Source: Amphiscolops sp. MND2022 (Eukaryota). From it: a DNA stretch of 64,000 nt. Made by a program: the position numbers and the translations under genes. The notes beneath the pieces are model-generated. The model ran no database searches. It was not told the origin of the DNA and was given only the letters and a program-made list of their open reading frames with translations. Where the stretch lies: contig OZ076409.1 of assembly GCA_964187785.1 (NCBI GenBank), forward strand, positions 72,480,001 to 72,544,000. The letters run 5' to 3'. This document shows, in pieces, positions 10,918 through 23,930 of this stretch; within the stretch, counting starts at the first letter, position 1; each line of letters begins with the position of its first letter.

Positions 10918-12904
10918 GTGGGCGGGGGTAATTCCCCAACAAAAATTACGGCCGGCGGGTTGGGTCCTGCCGGACGTTCAAATAGCGCGAAGCATCTAGT
11001 AGAAAACAAGGAGTCCTGAAACAGCGATTTTAAAATTGAACCGTTAGAATTTGGTTTTAGATTGCATGCGGCCCTAAAATCCCCATACGAATGGAAGTTC
11101 CTGCTGGCGTTAAGCGATTGAAATAATATATAAAAAGTTATGGCCCATTTTTGGGTCACCGAGAAGGTCAAAATGAGGAAATTTTTAACAAAGTCGCTGA
11201 TAACTCAAAATGTGTTAATTTTTGGACATTGACTGTGAAACAAGCTTGGAACCTTCATTTCGTGGCTGTGGCATTGCACTGAACACAAAAGATGTAAAGT
11301 TTTTACATTTTTTGAAAATTCGACATTTTTGAAATTTTTTTCACTACTATCAGTACACTATATGTCAAAAACACCTCTGAAAAATTTTTTTATTTGCTTA
11401 AATTTAGAAACCTCGGTATCCATGGTTTCCGTCAGTACCTACTCGCTGCCAAACACTCAACAGTTTGCATCCAATGTGAAAATAAAAATTTTTTCGAGGT
11501 CTTAGGTGTTTCACAAGGATTTCTCAACTTAGTATCAATTTACAAATTGGTCATTTTGAACACATTATTTTCATCGAAGCGTGTCATATACCGCCCTAAT
11601 GCTCACGAACGGGCCTACTGGCAACGTTGGAACCATTTATAGTAATAAAAAGTATAAAAAAAATATTTTTCACCCCGTCTTCAGTCATTTTACACACTTT
11701 CGGAACTTAACTTAGAAAAATTTCAACCAAAAACCCATTTTTTGTCAAGTCGAAAATTCAAATTCAGCTTTTTATGCAAAATAAATAAATCTGACATAAC
11801 CAGTGGGGCCCATGAAACTCAAAACTACGATTGAGACTGGTATCAATGGCTCCAATAACCTATGAGTCGCGATAAGACGTTATTTTGAGCAAAACATCTC
11901 AATAGAGGTAAACATCTCGCAAGCCAGGGATCACTGTGAAATGTGATTTCATCAAAATTTTACTCGTTTTTGTAAATCACTATGTGCACAGAGTGCGTTG
12001 GGTTAATTACAGCACTATAATGAGGTTTTTGAAGGCATCAGGTTGCTCAAAGGGTGGTATGAGACATTTTTTTCCTATATACTACTGTATTTTCTAAAAC
12101 TTTTAGCCCATTATCTGAATAAACTAACTTGACAAAAAACTTTCAATTATTTTATTCAAAAGTTACAATATAGATGAACCCTGTCGTTGATCAGAAACTT
12201 TCATCTCTTTCGTTTTCCGAAATAATTTCCTTCATATGTGTTACATTTGTAACGGAAAAAAATCCAAAACTAAAAAGTACACTATTTTGCTAATATGGAA
12301 TCGCGATGATTGTGCCTATAAACTCTTTAAATACTTCTAACACGACCTTGCGGATACAAAATGATTGAAAATGCCATTCACAATGGTGACATGTGCTCTT
12401 TCTACGATCCTGACTGAACAAGTTTTGCATATTGTTCAAGTAACTGTCAATTGAATTTTGTGATAGCCTTTCAAGTTGGCCTTGCGTCAATTTTGGAAGG
12501 CTATCACATCAAAAAATTTTCATCAAAAATCTTTTTTTGTTTATTGGATCTTACAGTCGATACTTTTTTTCGTGATTCTATACTACCGTTAGTATATTTC
12601 ATCAGGTCACCTTACGATTGCATTCAGTCTTTGATAAAAACCTATGAACTCAAAGTCGCATTTATATACTTTTGGCCCAACAAAATTATCAAAAACATCT
12701 AAAATACCCAAAATAGAGTCTTTAACATTTTTACGTTTCAAGTTTTTTCCGTTATTAGGCCAATCAACGTCCTAGAGCCACATCCTGTCATACTGTACAA
12801 CGCCACATAGTGTTGCGACGTGCACGGTCTGTGGGCATGCCGAGGCATGCCCTTCGACGACGTATGCCGAATACCGCGGGCCTACGCCCGCGCTCCCCGG
12901 CTAG
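10918..12904 (+). mobile_element. Family A unit (1987 bp)
   Basis: Head as in the 977 unit, diverged body, CTAG end. Confidence 0.8.
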
Positions 12905-13670
12905 GTGGTTGGGGCGTTATTCCCCACGAAGTTCGCGGCCGCGGGAGAAGGGCCCCGCGGACCGCCCATCCAATGCAAAAATATACACTCTAAACAGCAC
13001 CATTATAAACACGATCTCGAAAATGAACCGTAGGATTGTCTTGAAATTTTGCATACGGATAGAAGAGAAAATTCTAAGAACTTTTTCCTGCTGGCACTTT
13101 TCCGAAAAAAATGTCCTTCATGGGTTTTTTTGGGTTTTTTTGGTTTTTTCTCATCTTTCTCATCTTTGATTAATCAATCACCGAATCAAAGGCCATTTTC
13201 AGCATGAAGGAATGCCCGTAGCAGCAAAGTGCACTTTTACAAAAATCATCAACGGTCAACGGTCTTTCGAACGGTCCAAAAAAATTTCCCCCCGGGGGCA
13301 TCCAAAGTGCCGAAAAGTGCCAAAATATTTTTTTGGTCTGAATCATTTTGATGAAATTGTTGATTTGAGCAGCAGGAACGGTCCGCACGGTCTCAAATTG
13401 TAAGGGCAAAAATTGTCAGCGTTCAATGGCAGTTCCAAAAATATAAGTCAGTCACCTGTAGGAGTTGTAACAAAAAATCGATTTTTGGGTAATATGGCAT
13501 GTTGAGTGGTTGGATGAGAAATACCCGTAACATGTTGAGTTTGATTTGATGCAGCAGTGGTTGCAGCTGCAGCAAACGTGAAAATGATAAAAGGGCTGGG
13601 ATATATCACATGCACAAACCAATGCTGCCATGGGGCTTTCCTTGTGCCGCAAAATGCCTCAATGCGATCA
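12905..13670 (+). mobile_element. Family E element, 5' part (cut by assembly gap)
   Basis: First ~490 bp nearly identical to 59456-59945; starts GTGGTTGGGGCG directly after CTAG. Confidence 0.75.
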
Positions 13671-13870
13671 NNNNNNNNNNNNNNNNNNNNNNNNNNNNNN
13701 NNNNNNNNNNNNNNNNNNNNNNNNNNNNNNNNNNNNNNNNNNNNNNNNNNNNNNNNNNNNNNNNNNNNNNNNNNNNNNNNNNNNNNNNNNNNNNNNNNNN
13801 NNNNNNNNNNNNNNNNNNNNNNNNNNNNNNNNNNNNNNNNNNNNNNNNNNNNNNNNNNNNNNNNNNNNNN
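13671..13870. other. Assembly gap (200 N)
   Basis: Run of 200 n; a round number, so the true size is unknown. Confidence 0.99.
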
Positions 13871-14025
13871 GATGGTACAATCCGCGCGCCTACATACCTA
13901 CGGCGTCTTGTCACTACAACGCCACATAGGGAAACAACGCCCATAGTCCGTAGGCATGCCGAGGCATGCCTTTCGACGACGCGCGCCAAATCTATGCGCG
14001 CCCGCACTTGTGCGGTAGCTGCTAG
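13871..14025 (+). mobile_element. Orphan 3' end of an element (tail similar to family F)
   Basis: Core tail with AGGCATGCC-GA-GGCATGCCT and CCGCA-CTTG-TGCGG hairpin, CTAG at 14022-14025; closest to the tail at 48487-48598. Confidence 0.75.
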
Positions 14026-16008
14026 GTGGGCGGGGGTAATTCCCCAACAAAAAAATCGGCCGGCGGGTTGGGTCCTGCCGGACGTCAAATAGTGTGAAAC
14101 ATCCAGTAGGAAACGGCGACATTTATCAGCGATTTTAAAATTGAACCGTTAGAATTTGGACTTGGAGTGCATGCGGGCCCAAAATGCCCATACGAATCGA
14201 AGTTCCTGCTGACGTTAAGCGATAAAAACACTTTATAAAAAGTTATGGCCCATTTTACGTTCACTTAGAGAGGTAAAATGAGGAAAATTTTAACAAAGTT
14301 GCTGATAACTCAAAATACATTAATTTTTGGACTTTGACTGTGAAACAAGCTTGGAACCTTCATTTCGTGGCTGTGGCATTGCACTGAACACAAAAGATGT
14401 AAAGTTTTCACATTTTTTGAAAATTCGACATTTTTGAATTTTTTTCACTACTATCAGTACACTATATGTCAAAAACACCTCAGAAAAAAATTTTTATTTG
14501 CTTAAATTTAGAAACCTCGGTATCCATGGTTTCCGTCAGTACCTACTCGCAGCCAAACACTCAACAAATTGCATCCAATGTGAAAATAAAATTTTTTTCG
14601 GGGTCATAAGCGTTTCACAAGGATTTCTCAACTTAGTATTAATTTACAAAATGGTCATTTTGAACACAATATTTTCATCGAGGCTTGTCGGCTATAGCCT
14701 TAATGTTCTAGAACGGTCCCACTGGCAACGTAGGAACCATTTATAGTAATAGAAAGTTTTAAAAATATTTTTTCATCCGGTCTTCAGTCATTTTTCAGTC
14801 ATTCGGAACTTAACTTAGAAAAATTTCGACCAAAATAGCCATTTTTTGTCAGGTCGAAAATTCAAATTCAGATTTTTAAGCAAAATTATTAACTCTGACG
14901 TAACCCATGGGGCCCATGATACTGAAAACAACAATTGACACTGGTATCAATGGCTCCAATAACATATGAGTCGCGATAAGACGTTATTTTGAGCAATACG
15001 TCTCAATTGAGGTAAAGATCTCGCAAGCCAGCGATCACTGTGAAAGGTGATTTCATCAAAAATTTACTCATTTTTGTCAATCACTATGTGCACAGAATGC
15101 GTAGGGTGCGTTTCAGCACTATAATGAGGTATTTGAAAGCATCGAGTTGCTCAAGGGGTGGTATGAGACCTTTTTGTCCCATATACTTCTGTATTTTCCA
15201 AAATTTTTAGCCCAATATCTGGAAATACAAACATGACAAAATACTTTCAACTACTTTATTCAAAGGTTACAATATAGATGAACACTGTGGTTGATCAGAA
15301 ACTTTCATCTCTTTCGTTTTCCGAAATATTTCCCTTCGCATGTGTTACATTTGTAGCAGAAAAAAAATCGATACAGAAAAATACGCTATTTTGCTAATAT
15401 AGAATCGCAATGATTGTGCCTAAAAACTCTTTAAACACTTCTAACGCGACCTTACGCACCCAAAAAGATCGAAAAGGCTATTCACAATGGTGACTTGTGC
15501 TCTTTCAACGATCCTGACTGAACAATTTTCGCAAATTATTCAAGTACCTGTTAACTGAATCTCGTGATAGCCTTTTAAGTTGGCCTTGTGTCAACTTGGG
15601 AAGGCTATCACATCAAAAAATTTTCAACAAAAATACTTTTTGTTTATTGAAAATGACAGTCGATATATAATTTCGTGATTCTATGCTACCGTTAGTACCT
15701 TCCATTAAGTCACCTGACGATTGCATTCAGTCTTTGATAAATACCTATGAACTCGAAGTCATATTTATAACTTTTTTGCTAAAAATAAACATCAAAATTA
15801 TCCAAATTTATTAAAATTGAGTCTTTATTGTCTTTGTTTTTCTTTTTCTACTGTTATTAGGCCCATCAACTTCCTACAGCCACGCTCTCTGTCATACTGT
15901 ACAACGCCACATAGTGTTGCGACGTGCACGGTCTGTGGGCATGCCGAGGCATGCCCTTCGACGACGTATGCCGAATACCGCGGGCCTACGCCCGCGCTCC
16001 CCGGCTAG
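14026..16008 (+). mobile_element. Family A unit (1983 bp)
   Basis: Head variant GTCAAATAGTGTGAAACATCC; CTAG end. Confidence 0.8.
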
Positions 16009-17982
16009 GTGCGGGGGGGTAACCCCTACAAAGATATTGGAGGATTCGGGTAGGGTCCTGAATCCGAGTTCAGTGCTGCCAGCTATCGTTAGGGATTTGA
16101 GAAAATTTTGCCGATCTCGTGATCTAACCGTAGGATTTTAAAGTTGGAGCGGCCCCCACCAGATTTTCCAAAGTTATTCGCCCCCCACCGGGTTCCAGCG
16201 TGATTGAAATATTTTGACGGGGTACACGGGCGACCGTTAGGGGTCATTTTGGGGGTAAAATTTATATCCGGTCGCATAACTTTTTTCCTGTTGGTTTAAA
16301 ACTTTGGGACCCTGCTAAAAGTTTCTTGACCGTGTTGCAGTGGCTCCGGAGGTCCAAACCAAATTTTTCTATCTTGAAGCTATCTCCAAGTACCCCCCCG
16401 CCCAAACCGTTATTTTTCCGGAAACGCAGGTTTTTGACCCGGAAGGAGTCGTCTGAGCGCGGGGTCGTTAGGTGATGTATTGGGGACGGCCTTGAGACGA
16501 AGCGGGGGACATGTAGTTTGCCGACCCCTGTTTACCCCCCGGACGGGAAATGACCGTTATTTGAGCGGGAAAAATGCCCCCCTCCACGTTTTACCGCTAT
16601 TTCCGGTGTGAAGGAGTGGGAGTAGCGCGTCGGGTGTTATATAACAAAAGTAGGTTTAGACAAGGACCTATCGGAAACATGTGGTTTTGGACCCCCTGGA
16701 CCAACCCGTTAGCGGGAAATGGGGCTTCCGCCTCCTTTTTTTACTGCTAAAACCGTAAAATGGGCATTGAGGGGTAAATATCTCGTGAACGCGTGGAGCT
16801 ACGGTGTCCATCACTACTACAAGGTTTCATACCCATGATATGGTGCCTTCAGGGGGGCAAACAGATTTCCGCTATCTATCGCCGTTACCGACTTGGCCCC
16901 CCAGCCTAACCGCTATGTGACCGGAAATGTCACTTTTTGAGCCCAAAGGGTCGGTCCCAGCCGGGGAACGTTAGGTAACTTATTGTAGTGCTAATTGAGA
17001 CGAGTTGGGAGATTTATTTTCAGTCACCCCCCGTTACCCCTTAGGACCGGAAATGACCGTTATGTGGGTAAATTTGCTTTTTTTGTACTTTTTGGAGGGC
17101 ATTTAGATGCGGAAGGAGTGGTAATAGGTGCTTGGACACTATATGATGATAGGGAGGACGTGAGGCGAGCTTTCGGAATTAACCGTTATGCTGACTCTAA
17201 AGTCCCCCTGGTACCGGAAGTGACCCGTAATGGTCAAATGTCGTGTTTTTAGGGTACAAATGTTTGGTGTTTTATGGATAACAGTACCTATTAGGTGTTT
17301 CGACGGTCTGCAGTCGTGAACATAGTCATGAAACCTTGTGGGGGGTAACGGTATATAGCACCGGAAGTCCAAACCGTTGGAGACTGGATAAGTTTTTTGG
17401 TTTTAAAATGTCTTTCGGCCTACTTTTGTTGACTATTATGGACTATTTTTGAAAAATAAAGTTTTTCCATATAGTTTCAGAGACTCCGAAACCTCAACCA
17501 ACATAACCGTTACCTTATGATAGCCTTTCAAGTTGGCCTGGTGTCAACTTGGAAGGGCTATCCTTCAAAAATCATTAATCAAGTGTGTTTTTGAGTTTGT
17601 TTGTATTACTTTAGAATCAATTAGAGCTTCAAGAAAAGATTGCCAACGACAAAAACTATGTCGTGATGATTCCGTTATTGGAATAATAGTTAACAAAATA
17701 TTGATAAAGTTGATTTTTTACATTTTAAATGTGTTCTAAATGCCAGAAAACCTCTTTACCAAACAAATGGAATTGATTGAATTGTATATAGAAGCTAATA
17801 AAAGTTCAAATTGAATATTACGTTTCATTATGGAAGCTGAAACGTCATATTATAGGTTCATTAGTGTCAACGCCACATACTTTACATCAACGCCCACCGT
17901 CCGTAGGCATGCCGAGGCATGCCTTTCGACGACGTATACCAAATTCCACCCACACAACACCCCCGAGCGCGGTAGCAGCTAG
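16009..17982 (+). mobile_element. Family B unit (1974 bp)
   Basis: GTGCGGGGGGG head; GC-richer body not visibly alignable to A; shares the GATAGCC hairpin and tail. Confidence 0.8.
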
Positions 17983-19967
17983 GTGGGCGGGGGTAATTCC
18001 CCTTCAAAAAATTCGGCCGGCGGGTTGGGTCCTGCCGGACGTCAAATAGTGTGAAACATCCAGTAGGAAACGGCGACATAAATCAGCGATTTTAAAATTT
18101 AACCGTTAGAATTCGGACTTGGAGTGCATGCGGCCCCAAAATGCCCATACGAATCGAAGTTCCTGCTGACGTTAAGCGATAAAAACATTTTATAAAAAGT
18201 TATGGCCCATTTTACGTTCACCTATAAGGGTAAAATGAGGAAAATTTTTACAAAGTCGCTGATAACTCAAAATACATTAATTTTTGGACTTTGACTGTGA
18301 AACAAGCTTAGAACCTTCATTTCGTGGCTGTGGCATTGCACTGAACACAAAAGATGTAAAGTTTTTACATTTTTTGAAATTTCGACATTTTTGATTTTTT
18401 TTCACTACTATCAGTACACTATATGTCAAAAACACCTCTGAAAAAAATTTTTATTTGCTTAAAATTGGAAACCTTGGTATCCATGGTTTCTGTCGGAACC
18501 TACTAGCTGCCAAACACCCAACAGTTTGCATCCAATGTGAAATTAAAATTTTTTTCGAGGTCTTAGGTGTTTCACAAGGATTTCTCAACTTAGATTCAAT
18601 TTACAAATTGGTCATATTGAACACAATATTTTCATCGAGGCTTGTCGGCTATAACCTTAATGTTCTAGAACGGTCCCACTGGCAACGTAGGAACCATTTA
18701 TAGTGATAGAAAGTTTTAAAAAAAAATTTTCATCCGGTCTTCGGTCATTTTTCAGTCATTCGGAACTTAACTTAGAAAAATTTCGATCAAAATACCCAAT
18801 TTTGTCAGGTCGAAAATTCAAATTCAGATTTTTAAGCAAAATTATTAACTCTGACGTAACCCATGGGGCCCATGATACTCAAAACAACGATTGACACTGG
18901 TATCAATGGCTCCAATAACATATGACTCGCGATAAGACGTTATTTTGAGCAATACGTCTCAATTGAGGTAAAGATCTCGCAAACCAGCGATCACTGTGAA
19001 ATGTGATTTCATCAAAAATTTACCCATTTTTGTCAATCACTATGTGCACAGAATGCGTAGGGTGCGTTTCAGCAATATAAGGAGGTTTTTGAAGGCATCG
19101 AGTTGCTCAAGGGGTGGTATGAGACATTTTCGTCCCATGTACTACTGTATATTGCAAATTTTTTAGCCCATTATCTGAAAAACTAACTTGACAAAATACT
19201 TTCAACTACTTTATTCAAAGGTTACAATGTAGATGAACCCAGTGGTTGATCAGAAACTTTCATCTCTTTCGTTTTCCGAAATAATTCCCTTCGAATGTGT
19301 TACATTTGTAGCAGGAAAAAAACCGAAACTAAAAAATACGCAATTTTGCTGAGATAGAATCGCAACGGTTGCGCCTAAAATCTCTTTAAATACTTCTAAC
19401 GCAACTTTACGGACCCAAATTGATTGAAAATGCCATTCACAATGCTGACATGTGCTCTTTCTACGATCCTGGCTGGACAAGTTTTGCATTTTTTTCAAGT
19501 ACCTGTTAACTGAACATTGTGATAGCCTTTCAAGTTGGCCTTGTGTCAACTTGGGAAGGCTGTCACATCAAAAAACTGTCAACAAAAATACCACTCGTTT
19601 ATAGGAAATTGCTGTCGATGCCTAATTTTGTGATTCGATCATGTCGTGAGTTCCTTCCATCAGGTCAGCTAACAATTGGATTCAGTGTTTGATAAGAACC
19701 TATGATTTTTTTGACAATTTTCGTTTTTTCTTGCAAAGAAAAAGTACAAATAAACAATATAAAACAAAATTGTAACCTTTAAGAAGTTTAACTTTACCTT
19801 TTTTTAACCGTTACCATCACTTTCGACCCTGTACGACCTCGTAATGTCCTTATTACAACGCCACATAGTGTAGCGACGCCCACAGTCTGTGGGCATGCCG
19901 AGGCATGCCCTTCGACGACGTATGCCAACTACTTTTTATATCTACACCCGATTGCGGTAGCGGCTAG
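17983..19967 (+). mobile_element. Family A unit (1985 bp)
   Basis: A head and body; terminal segment resembles B-type tails. Confidence 0.8.
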
Positions 19968-21954
19968 GTGGGCGGGGGTAATTCCCCAACAAAAATTACG
20001 GCCGGCGGGTTGGGTCCTGCCGGACGTCAAATAGCAAAGAATATCTAGTAGGAAACGGCGACACAGAATCGCGATTTTTAAATCTAACCACAATTTTTTG
20101 GACTTGGAGTGCATGCGGCCCTGAAATGCCCATACGAATCGAAGTTCCTGCTGACGTTAAGCGATTGAAATAATATATAAAAAGTTATGGCCCATTTTTC
20201 ACTCACAAAGAAGGGTAAAATGAGGAAATTTTTAACAAAGTCGCTGATAACTCAAAATGTGTTAATTTTTGGACTTTGACTGTGAAACAAGCTCGGAACC
20301 TTCATTTCGTGGCTGTGGCATTGCACTGAACACAAAAGATGTAAAGTTTTTACATTTTTTGAAAATTCGAAATTTTTGAAATTTTTTTCACTACTATCAG
20401 GACCCCATATGTCAAAAACGCCTCAGAAAAAATTTTTTATTTGCTTTAAATTGGAAACCTTGGTATCCATGGTTTCTGTCGGATCCTACTCGCAGTCAAA
20501 CACCCAACAGTTTGCATCCAATGTGGAAATAAAAATTTTTTCGGGGTCATAAGCGTTTCACAAGGATTTCTCAACTTAGTTTCAATTTACAAATTGGTCA
20601 CATTGAACACATTATTTTCATCGAAGCGCGTCAGATACCGCCCTAAAGCTCACGAACGGTCCTACTGGCAACGTAGCAACCATTTATAGTAATATAAAAG
20701 ATTAAAAAATTTTTTTCACCCGGTCTTCAGTCATTTTTCAGTCATTCGGAACTTAACTTAGAAAAATTTCGACCAAAATACCCATTTTTTGTCAGGTCGA
20801 AAAATCAAATTCAGATTTTTAAGCAAAATTATTAACTCTGACGTAACTCATGGGGCCCATGATACTCAAAACAACGATTGACACTGGTATCAATGGCTCC
20901 AATAACATATGAGTCGCGATCGGACGTTATTTTGAGCAATACGTCTCAATTGAGGTAAAGATCTCGCAAGCCAGCGATCACTCTCAAATGTGATTTCATC
21001 AAAAATTTACTCACTTTTGTCAATCATTATGTGCACAGAATGCGTAGGGTGCGTTTCAGCACTATAATGAGATTTTTGAATGCATCGAGTTGCTCAAGGG
21101 GTGGTACGAGACATTTTTGTCCCATATACTACTGTATTTTCCAAAATTTTTAGCCCAATATCTGGAAATACAAACTTGACAAAATACTTTCAACTACTTT
21201 ATTCAAAGGTTACAATATAGATGAACACTGTGGTTGATCAGAAACTTTCATCTCTTTCGTTTTCCGAAATATTTTCCTTCGCATGTGTTATATTTGTATC
21301 ACAAAAAAAAATCGAAACTGAAAAATACGCTATTTTGGTAATATAGAATCGCAATGATTGTGCCTAAAAACTCTTTAAACACTTCTAACGCGACCTTACG
21401 CACCCAAAATGATCGAAAATGCTATTCACAATGGTGACATGTGCTCTTTCAACAATCCTGGCTGGACAAGGTTTGCATATTTTTCAAGTACCTGTCAGCT
21501 GAATCTTGTGATAGCCTTTTCAGTTGGCCTTGTGTCAACTTGGGAAGGCTATCACATCAAAAAACCATCAACAAAAATAATTTTTGTTTATTGGATCTTA
21601 CAGTCGATACTTTTTTTCGTGATTCTATACTACCGTTAGTATATTTCATCAGGTCACCTTACGATTGCATTCAGTCTTTGATAAAAACCTATGAACTCAA
21701 AGTCACATTTATATATTTTTTTGCCAGAAAATAACATCAAAAATATCTAAAATATATAAAATAGAGTCTTTAACATTTTTACGTTTCAAGTTTTTGCCGT
21801 TATTAGGCCAATCAACGTCCTAGAGCCACATCCTGCCACATACTGTACAACGCCACATAGTGTTGCGACGTGCACAGTCTGTGGGCATGCCGAGGCATGC
21901 CCTTCGACGACGTATGCCGAATACCGCGGGCCTACGCCCGCGCTCCCCGGCTAG
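19968..21954 (+). mobile_element. Family A unit (1987 bp)
   Basis: Close to the 6948/8933 units. Confidence 0.8.
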
Positions 21955-23930
21955 GTGCGGGGGGGAAACCCCAACAAAATTTTTGGAGGATTCGGGTAGG
22001 GTCCTGAATCCGAGTTCAGTGCTGCCAGCTTTCGTTAAGAAAATTTGGATAGGATTCGGGATCTCGTGATCTAACCATAGGATTTTAAAGTTGGAGCGGC
22101 CCCCACCAGATTTTCCGAAAATTAGCGCCCCCCACCGGGTTCCAGCGTGATTGAAATATTTTGACGGGGTACACGGGCGACCGTTAGGGGGTCATTTTAG
22201 GGGTAAAATTCATATTGGGCCACATAACTTTTTTTCTGTTGATTTAAAACTTTGGGACCCTGCTAAAAGTTTCTTGACCGTGTTGCAGGGGCCCCGAAGG
22301 TCCAAACCAAATTTTTCTATCTTGAAGCTATCTCCAAGTACCCCCCCGCCCAAAACGTTATTTTTCCGGAAACGCAGGTTTTAGACCCGGAAGGAGTCGT
22401 CTGAGCGCGGGGTCGTTAGGTGATGTTTTGGGGACGGCCTTGAGACGAAGTGGGGGACATGTAGTTTGCCGACCCCAGTTTACCCCCCGGACGGGAAGTG
22501 ACCGTTATTTGAGCGGGGAAAATGCCCCCCTCCACGTTTTACCGCTATTTCCGGTGTGAAGGAGTGGGAGTAGCGCGTCGGGTGTTATATAACAAAAGTA
22601 GGTTTAGACAAGGACCTATCGGAAACATGTGGTTTGGGACCCCCTGGACCAACCCGTTAGCGGGAAATGGGGCTTCCGCCTCCTTTTTTTTACGGTTAAA
22701 AACGGAAAATGGGCATTGAGGGGTAAATATCTCGTGAACGCGTGGAGCAATCGTGTCCATCACTACTACAAGTTTTCATACCCATGATATGGTGCCTTCA
22801 GGGGGGCAAACAGATTTCCGCTATCTATCACCGTTACGGACTTGGCCCCCCAGCCCAACCGCTATGTGACCGGAAATGTCACTTTTTGAGCCCAAAGGGT
22901 CGGTCCCAGTCGGGGAACGTTAGGTAACTTATTGTAGTACTCAATGAGACGAGTTGGGGGATATAGTTTCAGTCACCCCCCGTTACCCCTTGGGACCGGA
23001 AATGACCGTTATGTGGGTAAATTTGCATTTTTTGTACTTTTTGAAGGGCATTTAGATGCGGAAGGAGTGGTAATAGGTGCTTGGACACTATATGAGGTAA
23101 GGGAGGACGTGAGGCGAGCATTCGGAAATAACCGTTATGTTGACCCTAAAGTCTCCCTGGTACCGGAAGTGACCGGAAATTGTCAAATTTTGTGTTTTTA
23201 GGGTACAAATGTTCGGTGTTTTATGGATTAAAGTACAGGTTAGGTGTTTTCACGGTCTGCAGTAGTGAACATAGTCATGAAACCTTGTGGGGGGTAACGG
23301 TATATAGCACCGGAAGTCCAAACCGTTGGAGACAGGATAAGTTTTTTGGTTTTAAAATGTCTTTCGGCCTACTTTTGTCGACTATTATGGACTATTTTTG
23401 GAAAATAAAGTTTTTCCAAATAGTTTCAGAGACTCCGAAACCTCAACCAACATAACCGTTACCTTATGATAGCCTTTCAAGTTGGCCTGGTGTCAACTTG
23501 GAAGGGCTATCCTTCAAAAATCATTAATCAAGTGTGTTTTTGAGTATGTTTGTATTACTTTAGAATCAATTAGAGCTTCAAGAAAAGATTGCCAACAACA
23601 AAAACTATGTCGTGATGATTCCGTTATTGGAATAATAGTTAACAAAATATTGATAAAGTTGAGTTTTTACATTTTAAATGTGTTCTAAATGCCAAAAAAC
23701 CTCTTTACCAAACAAATGGTATTGATTGAATTGTATATAGCAGCTAATAAAAGTTAAATTGAATATTACGTTTCATTATGCAAGCTGAAACGTCAAATTA
23801 TAGTTTAATTAACGTCAACGCCACATACTTTACATCAACGCCCACCGTCCGTAGGCATGCCGAGGCATGCCTTTCGACGACGTATACCAAATTCCACCCA
23901 CACAACACTCCCGAGCGCGTTAGCAGCTAG
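21955..23930 (+). mobile_element. Family B unit (1976 bp)
   Basis: B head, body and tail. Confidence 0.8.

Noticed and set aside
977..12904. Simple 2-kb satellite or rDNA/5S/snRNA/histone tandem cluster
   Set aside because: Units of different families and lengths are interleaved at a fixed junction, and I recognise no rRNA, tRNA, snRNA or histone sequence. An Rfam scan was not possible.
13557..14092. ORFs spanning the N gap
   Set aside because: Artefacts of translating N.
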